A DNA stretch of 23,365 nucleotides from Candidatus Zixiibacteriota bacterium (GCA_041742355.1 JBGSIV010000266.1:1-23365), one strand, 5' to 3'; counted from the stretch's first letter, positions 8,955 through 16,897 are shown. The notes: generated by a model from the letters alone, not told the origin. Made by a program: numbers and translations.

Positions 8955-9419
8955 ATGGATCTATACTTGGTGCGGCATGGCGAGGCGTTTGGTGCGGAGA
9001 TCGACCCCGAACGCCCGCTGACCTTGCAGGGACGGGCCGATGTCGAGACAGTCGCCGCCTTTGCGGCGCGTCACGGTGGGATCAGGCTCGGAGGGATCTT
9101 CCATTCGCCGAAAATGCGGGCGGCCCAGACCGCCGCGATTGTCGCCGAGCACCTCGTGCCGGAGAGCACGGAACTGTCGGACGGGTTGTTGCCGAACGAC
9201 GATCCACAGATATGGGTGGACAGACTGGCCGCCCGGCAGGCCAATACGATGTTGGTGGGGCACATGCCGCACCTGAGCCGGGTTGCATCGCTCCTGCTTG
9301 CCGGAGATCCCGACCAGGAGCTCATTACCTTTCGAATGGGCGGAATGGTGGCCCTGCGGCGGGACGAGCGGCGGTTGTGGCGGGTGGAGTGGGTGCTCAC
9401 ACCCGATGTCGTGAGCTAG
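8955..9419 (+). CDS. sixA: Phosphohistidine phosphatase SixA (histidine phosphatase superfamily)
   Basis: LYLVRHGEA, RPLT..GR, HSPKMRAAQTA and MLVGHMPHL; starts 9 nt after the rtcB stop (alternative GTG at 8952). Confidence 0.9.
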   Translation: MDLYLVRHGEAFGAEIDPERPLTLQGRADVETVAAFAARHGGIRLGGIFHSPKMRAAQTAAIVAEHLVPESTELSDGLLPNDDPQIWVDRLAARQANTMLVGHMPHLSRVASLLLAGDPDQELITFRMGGMVALRRDERRLWRVEWVLTPDVVS

Positions 9420-9617
9420 CCCTCGAAACTCGACCTTGAAACTCGACCTCACTCCCGCATCCTTCGTAAACTCCTCGTCCTGCCCTTCACACCCGTTGTT
9501 CTACCCTTCCGCGAATGTGCTCTTCCTGCGCAAAAATGTTAAGTCCCAATTACCCATCCTGTTCCCAAAATTTTCGGCAGTAGAACGCATGCGATCCTGG
9601 ACGATTTCACCGGACTT

Positions 9618-10930
9618 CTGATGGAGATTGCCCCGACGTCCCGGTAAGTATAGAACAGAGTGTAATCGAACAGGCTGGTATAGAACAGAGTGTACGGACA
9701 GGGTGTTGTAGAGCGGAGTGTTATATCGGGTCGCCCACAGCTTGCTGTGGGATCCCGAAGTGTATGAACCGGTCAGACGTAGACTACTACGTAGGGCATG
9801 ACGTAGGGCACGACCCTTCAGCGGTCGTGCCACTCAGAAAGTAGGTCAGGCCGCTTGCGGCCTGACGACCAGACAAACACGGAAACGGGAAACTGCGCAA
9901 ACGAACCCAAACCCCGGTGGCTCCTCCTGTGGCCCACCATTTATGGTGGGTTGCTCTCAGGATACGAGCAGGTAGACAGAGCACGGCGTACGAACAGGTA
10001 ACCCGCAGCTCTGCTGCGGGCCGCCCGATACAAGCACTCTTCTCGTAGGTCAGGACCCTCGTGGTCCTGACATTGAGGACACCGAGCGTTAATGGACAAG
10101 GTCGGTGTTCCGAGGGGCCGAAGGCTACGAGAAACCCGACCTGGCATCGGTGAAGATTCGGTATCGGTCGGTATTCCGAGGAGCGTAAGCTACGAGAAAC
10201 CCGACCGGGAGAGAAGCAATGAAGCCGCATTTTTGCGCAAACGAACCCAATGCCAAATGTGCCGACAAGAAGAAGTCAACCCGGCTCAGTTCCTGTCATC
10301 CCGGCGAAGGAGGAGGATGCATATCCTGTCAACCCGACTTCTTTCCTGTCAGCCCGGCGGAGGCCGGGCCCCAGTCACGCTCAGGTCTACCGTATGCCGG
10401 GATTACCAAACGAACCCTATCACAGCACGATGTAGGTCAGGCCGCTTGCGGCCTGACGACCAGACAAACACGGAAACGGGAAACTGCGCAAACGAACCCA
10501 ATCCCCTCGTCCCCGTTCCGCAGGGTCTTGCGCGACCCCGAGCAGAGCGAGGGGGAGCGTGTGACCCTGCGGAAGTGCGTGGCTATGATACCCACATGCC
10601 GTGCGCGGCCGATGTCCACATCGGCCGCGAATCCCCCTGCAAAATCACATGCAAACTGATGGAGATTGCCCCCTGGTCCACAGTAAGTATAGGACAGAGT
10701 GTACGGAAGCTAAGAGGCAACGTGAATGAGGCAGTAGGACAGTGAAGTAAAGGTGTGAGATAAAGCACGATGCGAGTAGTTGGGCGTTCTCGAACTAGAT
10801 TGGGCCATCACGTAGGTCGGGTTCCGAGGGGCGTACGCCCCGAGAAACCCGACGTGGAAAGAACACCTGAACTTGCTAAAACGAACCCAGTTCCCTTTCC
10901 CCCGCGTAGGGGCGGGGCTTGTCTCCGCCC
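9618..10930 (+). repeat. Heterogeneous cluster 2 of REP-like and RPE-like hairpins and short direct repeats
   Basis: Hairpins at 9730-9751, 9803-9831 (identical to 6796-6824), 9841-9866, 9929-9950, 9992-10021, 10045-10071, 10100-10140, 10166-10205, 10348-10374, 10432-10457, 10525-10567, 10812-10853 and 10906-10930. Exact 70-bp duplicate at 9841-9910 and 10432-10501. Five AAACGAACCC motifs. Confidence 0.85.
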
Positions 10931-10970
10931 GGGCAGCAGGCCAGACTCCTGCGACCCGCCTCCGACTGAC

Positions 10971-11002
10971 AAAAAAAGGAGCGGGTCACACGACCCGCCC
11001 CT
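10971..11002 (-). terminator. Intrinsic terminator downstream of the first S8 protease gene
   Basis: Minus strand reads AGGGGCGGGTC-GTGT-GACCCGCTCCT-TTTTTT, 30 nt after the stop at 11033. Confidence 0.8.
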
Positions 11003-11032
11003 GGGTATAGGCGATCTGGATAATGAAAGAGG

Positions 11033-13822
11033 CTACTTCACCAGCAGCATCTTCTTGGTCTCCCGGAACTCCCCGGCCTGCAACCGGTAGAGGTACACGC
11101 CCGTGGAAACGCCGGAGGCGTCCCACGTCACGTGATGCGTACCCGCACCGTACTGGCCGTCGGCAAGAACCGCGACCTGCTGGCCGAGGACGTTGAACAC
11201 CTCGAGCCGTACCTCACCCGCCGCCGGCAGCGTGAAGCTGATCGTGGTCGTGGGGTTGAACGGGTTCGGGTAGTTCTGATTCAGCGCGAAGCCCTCGGGC
11301 AGCGTGGCCACCTTGGCCGCCGCGTTATAACCGCGCCACTCGATTTCGTCGATGTAGACGTCATCGTTGTTGTCGCTCGCATCGCACATGAAGCGGATGC
11401 GGGCCCCGGTCGGATAGGTGTACGTGCTCTTGGGAATGGAAACCGTCTTCTGGGTGAAGACGTTGTTGGTGAACTCAGTCCCGGCCCGGAAGGTCGCGAC
11501 TGTCTGCCACGTCGTGCCGTTGTAGTACTGCAGCCAGAAGTCCTCCCCGGTTTCCATGCTCACCGCCTTGAACCAGAATGTGACCTCCATGTTGGTGTAG
11601 GCACTGACGTTGCGGACGGTCGTCGTGTAGAAGGACGACGCGGTTCCGCTGTTGTCCTGAATGCCGGCCGAGTAGGAGCCCTGGTGGGCGTACGTCGTGC
11701 TCCTCGTGCGGGTCATATCACCGCCGCCATCGGTGTACGTGCCCATGCCGGTTTCGAAGTTATCGAAGGTGATAACGGTGTACGCCGGCGGGGCAGTCAC
11801 GGTGATATACCCGGTCTTCGTCTCGCCGTCCGAACCGCAGGCATTCGACGCGGTCAGGGTGACCGTGTACGTACCCGCCGTGGAGTACACGTGCGACGGA
11901 TTCTGCGTGGTGGCCGTGCCGCCATCACCGAAATTCCAGCTCCACGACGTGGCGCCGCCGGTTGACTGGTTGGTGAAATTCACCGTCAGCGGAGCGGTGC
12001 CCGAGGTCGGCGTGCCGACAAACTGGGCGACCGGAACCGCCTGGACCGTGATGTAACCGGTCTTCGTCGTCGTCGCATTGCAGCCCTGGCTGCTGGAGGA
12101 CACCGTCAGCGACACCGAGTACGTGCCGGCGGCGGCGTAGGAATGCGACGGATTCTGGGCGGTCGAGGTCCCGCCGTCGCCGAAAGTCCACGCCCAGCCG
12201 TCGATACCGGTGCCGGTGGAGAGATTGGTGAAGCTGACATTGAGGGGAGCGCAACCGGTGACCGGTGTCCCCGAGAAGTTGGCAACCAGATCGCACGGGG
12301 CGCCGGTGTTGACGGCGTTGTAGGCGTTGATCCGGCCGACACCCATCTTGCCGATGTACTTGGCGCTCAGGTAAGCGTCGATGTTATCAGCGCTGGCATA
12401 AAGCTGGTCCTTGACCTGGGCGGCCGTCCAGGTCGGGTTCTTCGACCAGATCAGCGCGCCCACACCGGCGACCATCGGAGTGGCCATAGAGGTCCCGCCG
12501 AGTGCCGCCCAGTAGTTGACCGTCGGGTCCGTGTGGTCGTGGTAGGTGCTGTAGATGTTGTTGCCCGGGGCCGAGATGTCGACCCAGGTGCCGTAGGTCG
12601 TGAAACTGGCGCCGTTGTCGTTCTCATCGGTCGCGCCGACATCGATGCAGTCGCCACGGCTGCTGAGGTAGCTCGGCGCCACCTCGGCGCCGTCGTTGCC
12701 GGCCGCGACAAAGATAAGGCCGCCGTTGTTGATGAAGTACGTGGCCGCGGCGGCAATACCGCCCGAGTTGGAGGAGCCCCAGCTGCAGGAGGCGATCTGC
12801 GCGCCGTTGTTGGCGGCGTAGTAGAAAGCCTGAGCGGCGGCATCCATCAGAACTACGCCGTATTCCTGGCCGAGGTAGTTGTACGAGTAACCCATGCGCA
12901 GCGGCATGATTTTGACGCCGTTGCCGTACACGCCCTGCGTGCCGTTACTCCAGCCGCCGGCCACGCCGGCCATGCCGTAGTTGTCGTTGGTGATCATGCC
13001 GAAGATGCCGGCCGTATGCGTGCCGTGGCCGTTGAAATCACGGGGATCGTTGTCCGCCGTGTTGCAGTCTTCGCCCGACCAGCAGCTGGTCGTGCTGACG
13101 ACGAAGTCATAGCCGATCCAGTCGTCGACATACCCGTTGGCGTCGTCATCGACACCGGTCGTGCCGTTCAGCTCGGCGTTGTTGATCCACATGTTGCCGC
13201 GCGAGGCGCCCGGATTCGACGACGAAGCGTTGATACCGCCCAGGTCCGGATGGTAGTACCGCGTCCCTGAGTCCAGAATGGCCACGACAACCGACGTGCT
13301 GCCGGTCTCGATGTTCCAGGCCTCGGGGGCGTCGATATCGTGGTCGTTGGCCTGGTTGAGGTGCCACTGGTAGCTGTAGTAGCCGTCGTTCGGCGTCGCG
13401 TACATGGCGTGAATGCCGATCGGCTCCACATGGTCCACCATCGGATGATCGGCGTAGGCCGCCATGGCTTCATCCAGCGTCCCGGCGTTGATCTTAACCT
13501 TGTGGTATCGTGCGAGTTCGCGGGTTTTGGACAGCGGTTCGTCCGATGTCCCCGGGAACTGCTTGTGGATGTCCGCGACCGCAAAGCGGTGGGAAATCGC
13601 GTCGAACGCAGGTTCGCCGATCTCGATCACGCCATCGGCGGCCGACCGCTGCGGGGTGATCGTGCGAAGATTCGACTTGAAGACGACAATAAAGGCATCG
13701 GGCACGTAGCCGATAAAGGACGGAATGTCAGTGGGGCGGTCGACCTTGACCACTTTTTGGCCGAAGGCCATGCCGGATAGCAGCAGCAGCGCGCAGGCTG
13801 CCAGCAGAATCACTCGTTTCAT
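11033..13822 (-). CDS. Secreted S8 subtilisin-family serine protease with two PKD domains, a beta-sandwich accessory domain and a C-terminal T9SS-type/FlgD-like sorting domain
   Basis: Signal peptide; catalytic triad VAILDSG, NGHGTHTAG and GGTSMATPMVAG; oxyanion motif AAGND; PKD motifs WTFGDG..ST.QNPSH.Y...GTY.V.LT; C-terminus LNQNYPNPFNPTTTISF...GVYLYRL...KKMLLVK. Confidence 0.95.
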   Translation of the reverse strand: MKRVILLAACALLLLSGMAFGQKVVKVDRPTDIPSFIGYVPDAFIVVFKSNLRTITPQRSAADGVIEIGEPAFDAISHRFAVADIHKQFPGTSDEPLSKTRELARYHKVKINAGTLDEAMAAYADHPMVDHVEPIGIHAMYATPNDGYYSYQWHLNQANDHDIDAPEAWNIETGSTSVVVAILDSGTRYYHPDLGGINASSSNPGASRGNMWINNAELNGTTGVDDDANGYVDDWIGYDFVVSTTSCWSGEDCNTADNDPRDFNGHGTHTAGIFGMITNDNYGMAGVAGGWSNGTQGVYGNGVKIMPLRMGYSYNYLGQEYGVVLMDAAAQAFYYAANNGAQIASCSWGSSNSGGIAAAATYFINNGGLIFVAAGNDGAEVAPSYLSSRGDCIDVGATDENDNGASFTTYGTWVDISAPGNNIYSTYHDHTDPTVNYWAALGGTSMATPMVAGVGALIWSKNPTWTAAQVKDQLYASADNIDAYLSAKYIGKMGVGRINAYNAVNTGAPCDLVANFSGTPVTGCAPLNVSFTNLSTGTGIDGWAWTFGDGGTSTAQNPSHSYAAAGTYSVSLTVSSSSQGCNATTTKTGYITVQAVPVAQFVGTPTSGTAPLTVNFTNQSTGGATSWSWNFGDGGTATTQNPSHVYSTAGTYTVTLTASNACGSDGETKTGYITVTAPPAYTVITFDNFETGMGTYTDGGGDMTRTRSTTYAHQGSYSAGIQDNSGTASSFYTTTVRNVSAYTNMEVTFWFKAVSMETGEDFWLQYYNGTTWQTVATFRAGTEFTNNVFTQKTVSIPKSTYTYPTGARIRFMCDASDNNDDVYIDEIEWRGYNAAAKVATLPEGFALNQNYPNPFNPTTTISFTLPAAGEVRLEVFNVLGQQVAVLADGQYGAGTHHVTWDASGVSTGVYLYRLQAGEFRETKKMLLVK

Positions 13823-14001
13823 TGGCTCTCCCTGTACTGGTGAGGGTGCTACACAGAAATGAACCAGAACGTGAATAGAAAGGCAGCAGTAGAGTCATCA
13901 ATGTGAAAATAGTGTCGCTCAACCACCTCCTGTCAATGCCATAGGTTCGGTGCCGCATAGGGCACAACAGCTGTGATTCGCTTGGCGGATGATATGCCAA
14001 A

Positions 14002-14030
14002 AATCTATAGCGGGCCGAAAGCCGATGCAA
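14002..14030 (-). promoter_or_regulatory. Putative sigma70 promoter of S8 protease 1
   Basis: Minus strand reads TTTTTCA-TTGCAT-17 nt-TAGATT; same architecture as 16898-16926. Confidence 0.55.
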
Positions 14031-14170
14031 TGAAAAAGTGGTGCCGTGCGGAAGAATTCAGGAGGGGCGTTATCCGGGATGGGCCGATTTCCGGCCCGAA
14101 GGACCGTTAGCAGTACGGGCGGGTCACTCGACCCGCCCGCTCTGTCTATGGGATGAGAGTCATGCCTCGA

Positions 14171-14242
14171 TGCCGGTCAGCATCGCATTGCCGGCCGGTA
14201 TAGCATTGCTGGCCAGCATAGCACTGCTGGCCAGCTTAGCAT
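14171..14242. repeat. 4 x 18-bp tandem repeat with palindromic core TGCYGGCCRGCA
   Basis: Units are tgccggtcagcatcgcat, tgccggccggtatagcat, tgctggccagcatagcac and tgctggccagcttagcat. Confidence 0.85.
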
Positions 14243-14245
14243 TTC

Positions 14246-14303
14246 GGTGGTGTCAGGTGCCCCCACCTTTGGGGTGGTGTCAGGTGTCCCCACCTGACAC
14301 CAC
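14246..14303. repeat. REP-like perfect hairpin with an adjacent partial duplicate; possible terminator or stabiliser for S8 protease 2
   Basis: GTGGTGTCAGGTG-TCCC-CACCTGACACCAC (14274-14303, 13-bp stem) lies 12 nt past the stop; truncated copy at 14246-14268; no U-tract. Confidence 0.7.
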
Positions 14304-14315
14304 AGGTAATCACTG

Positions 14316-16664
14316 CTACTTCACCAGCAGCATCTTACGGGTTTCGGTGAACTCCCCGGCCTGCAACCGGTAGAGGTACACGCCGCTGGAAACGCTGGAG
14401 GCGTTCCAGGTAACGCTGTGCGCACCGGCCCCAAAGTGGCCGTCGGCGAGGACCGCAACCTGCTGGCCCAGGACGTTGAACACCTCAAGCGTCACCTCAC
14501 CGGCCGCCGGCAGCGTGAAGCTGATAGTGGTCGTGGGGTTGAACGGGTTCGGATAGTTCTGCGTCAGCTCGAACGACGACGGGACCGAGGACGCGGCCGC
14601 AGTCGGCGTAGCGGTGCTGGCAGTCGCAGCCGAGGACACGCAGAAATTGTCGAAGTCGGAGTTGGAGCGGTTGTAGCCGCAGCCAACCAGACCGGTCTTC
14701 ACCGCCGCGAACTTGTAAGAACCGAGAGTAACGCCACCGACCTTGAGGGTGACATTGCCATCGGCGGCGGCAACGACCGACAGAGCATACCACTGCGCCG
14801 TGTTCACCGTCGCCGTGATCGTCTTTCTCGTGTAGTTGCGGCCGCTAACGCGTTCGCAGATGGTATAGCGGTTGTTGATGTCATCGGCGTCAACATACCG
14901 GTAGTTGCTGGCGTCCGCGTAACCGAAAATGATCCGCGCGATGCGGCTCTTCTGGCCGAGGTTCATCCGAACGTCGCAGTTGACCGTCGCGGTGGAATAC
15001 GAGCCGAACGGCGAGATCGCCTGGGCGGTCGTCAGGGTGGAGTTCCCCTTCATGTAGCCGCCGGTGGCGGTCCACACGCCGGTCTTGTTGATCCAGTTGG
15101 TAATGTTGCCGTCGTTGAAATCATCGCACTGCTGCGGCGGGACATTGGTCACGACGATGTAGCCGGTCTTCGTCTCCGCGTCAGAGCCGAAGGCGTTGGT
15201 CACCGTCAGCGACACGGTGTAAGTCCCGGCGGCCGCATACGTGTGCGAAGGATTCTGCAGAGTGGACGTGCCGCCGTCACCGAAGGTCCAGGCCCACGTG
15301 GCCGGGGCGTTGGTCGAGGCGTCCGTGAACTGCACCGCCAGCGGGGCATAACCCGAGGTCGGGGTGCCCGAGAAATTGGCAACCGGCGGAGCGTCGGTGG
15401 CGATCGTCTGGAGAGCGGCATTGGCGTCGATCAAGCCGTAGCCGTAGTACTGATCCCACCCGGCCGTGCCCAGATCCTCAGCCGTATTCTGGATCGCGGC
15501 GCGCACCGCCGCGGGAGACATCGTGCCGCCGTTCTTGGCGATCAAGAGCGCGGCCAATCCGGCCACATGCGGGGTGGCCATCGACGTGCCCTCGTAGAAG
15601 TAGTAGCTGAAGGTCGTATAGTTGGAGCCGTCGTGGGTCTGCTGCAACACGCCGTCGGGATAACCGTCAGCATTCTGGTCAACGCCGACATCGCCGCCCG
15701 GGGCGCAGATATCGATCGTGGAGCCGTAGCTGGTGTAGCCGGTGTAGGTCTTATCGTAGCGGACGGCCGACACCGAAATGCACTGCGGGTAGGCGGCCGG
15801 GTACTGCGGGGTCGACGAACCGGCGTTACCGGCGGCGGCCACGATCGTCACGCCGAGGTTCGTGGCGTAGATCAGCGCGTCCTGCAGTTCCGTCGAGGCG
15901 TAGGGAGCCCCGAGACTCATATTGATGACGTCGGCGCCGTTGTCGGCGGCCCAGATGATACCGTTGGTGATGGCGGTGTAGCTGCCGCTGCCCGAGGCAT
16001 CGAGCACCTTCACCGGCATGATGCTGCAGTTGTACGCGACGCCGGCGACACCGAGGCCGTTGTTCGTCGTCTGGGCAATCGTCCCGGCGACATGGGTGCC
16101 ATGGGCACAGTCGTCGTTCGGATGAGCGTCGTTATTGATAAAGTCCCAGCCCGGCACAAAAGTGGTGCCGGCCAGGTCCGGTGCCTGGGCAAACTCACCG
16201 TAGTTCTCGTACGCGACACCGCAGTCGTTGACAGCCACGACCACACCCGACCCGCTCGATTGATCCCAGGCGGCCGGCATGTTGATGAGCGGCATGTGCC
16301 ACTGGTAGCCGTAGTACGGATCATTCGGGGTCATGAAGGCATGGGCGATGTAGTTCGGCTCGGCGTATTCGACATCCGGCCGGGCCCGGTACAGATCGAC
16401 CATCTCCTCGACCGACCGATCGGCCGGGATTCTGAGCTGGTGGACGCCGATCTGTTCGATAGTTGAAATGACCGAGGTGCCGAGATCGGCAAGGGCTTGA
16501 TTCTGACTCTGGCGGATACCGCCGTCTTTGAATTTTACGATGATTTCGCCGGGTACGTATTCGTCCGCGGATGGAGTACCACAGGGCTGCCCGATCTTGA
16601 AGTCTTCGGCGAGTGCGACGCTGAACAGGGCAGACAACAGCACGAGGATGAGCAGTGTTCTCAT
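14316..16664 (-). CDS. Secreted S8 subtilisin-family serine protease (thermitase-like core) with one PKD domain, an accessory beta domain and a C-terminal sorting domain
   Basis: Start reassigned to MRTLLILVLLSALFSVALA (AAGGA 7 nt upstream; signal peptide). Propeptide YVPGEIIVKFK..VEYAEPNY; triad VAVNDCG, AHGTHVAG and EGTSMATPHVAG; C-terminus LTQNYPNPFNPTT...RKMLLVK. Confidence 0.93.
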   Translation of the reverse strand: MRTLLILVLLSALFSVALAEDFKIGQPCGTPSADEYVPGEIIVKFKDGGIRQSQNQALADLGTSVISTIEQIGVHQLRIPADRSVEEMVDLYRARPDVEYAEPNYIAHAFMTPNDPYYGYQWHMPLINMPAAWDQSSGSGVVVAVNDCGVAYENYGEFAQAPDLAGTTFVPGWDFINNDAHPNDDCAHGTHVAGTIAQTTNNGLGVAGVAYNCSIMPVKVLDASGSGSYTAITNGIIWAADNGADVINMSLGAPYASTELQDALIYATNLGVTIVAAAGNAGSSTPQYPAAYPQCISVSAVRYDKTYTGYTSYGSTIDICAPGGDVGVDQNADGYPDGVLQQTHDGSNYTTFSYYFYEGTSMATPHVAGLAALLIAKNGGTMSPAAVRAAIQNTAEDLGTAGWDQYYGYGLIDANAALQTIATDAPPVANFSGTPTSGYAPLAVQFTDASTNAPATWAWTFGDGGTSTLQNPSHTYAAAGTYTVSLTVTNAFGSDAETKTGYIVVTNVPPQQCDDFNDGNITNWINKTGVWTATGGYMKGNSTLTTAQAISPFGSYSTATVNCDVRMNLGQKSRIARIIFGYADASNYRYVDADDINNRYTICERVSGRNYTRKTITATVNTAQWYALSVVAAADGNVTLKVGGVTLGSYKFAAVKTGLVGCGYNRSNSDFDNFCVSSAATASTATPTAAASSVPSSFELTQNYPNPFNPTTTISFTLPAAGEVTLEVFNVLGQQVAVLADGHFGAGAHSVTWNASSVSSGVYLYRLQAGEFTETRKMLLVK

Positions 16665-16897
16665 TTCCATGTCCTTCCACAACGAGGCGGTTAGCTGCCG
16701 ACCGGGAGGGTGTGCCGGGGCCGACTGAAGGCGCAACGGAACCTTAACCTGGCGGCAGCGGCGGTTAGTACACAAATGAACCACTGGCCGAGGTACGGAA
16801 TTGTGTCTTTCGGGTGGTACCACCCTTTCGCGTCGGCTTGGTCTCGGACGGGTGCGGAACAGGACCTGGAGATCATATAGCAGATGATCTACCGGAT

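Noticed and set aside
9425..9450. GAAACTCGACCT short tandem duplication after sixA
   Set aside because: Only two units, consistent with simple slippage, and no function can be supported.
9648..9695. LexA (GAAC-N4-GTTC) boxes
   Set aside because: The sequence is GAAC-N5-GTAM, so both the spacing and the right half-site do not match.
6757..10930. CRISPR array or integron attC array reading of the repeat clusters
   Set aside because: Repeats belong to many families with irregular spacing, some linkers are themselves repeated, there are no cassette ORFs, and no cas or integrase gene is present.
9787..11090. ORFs 9787-10230, 10092-10745, 10219-10659 and 10770-11090
   Set aside because: They overlap in several frames, read through hairpin repeats and show no domain motifs, so they are probably spurious.
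11033..14561. Diversity-generating retroelement template/variable repeat pair
   Set aside because: Both copies are coding 3' ends, the differences do not look adenine-specific, and no reverse transcriptase is in the window.
11132..16466. Long plus-strand ORFs 11132-11965, 12143-13270 and 14418-16466
   Set aside because: Antisense shadows of the S8 protease genes, expected from high GC3 codon bias.
16812..16825. T-box riboswitch suggested by GGGTGGTACC
   Set aside because: The sequence is a self-complementary dyad, no stem I or terminator/antiterminator pair is visible, and the downstream gene is a protease.
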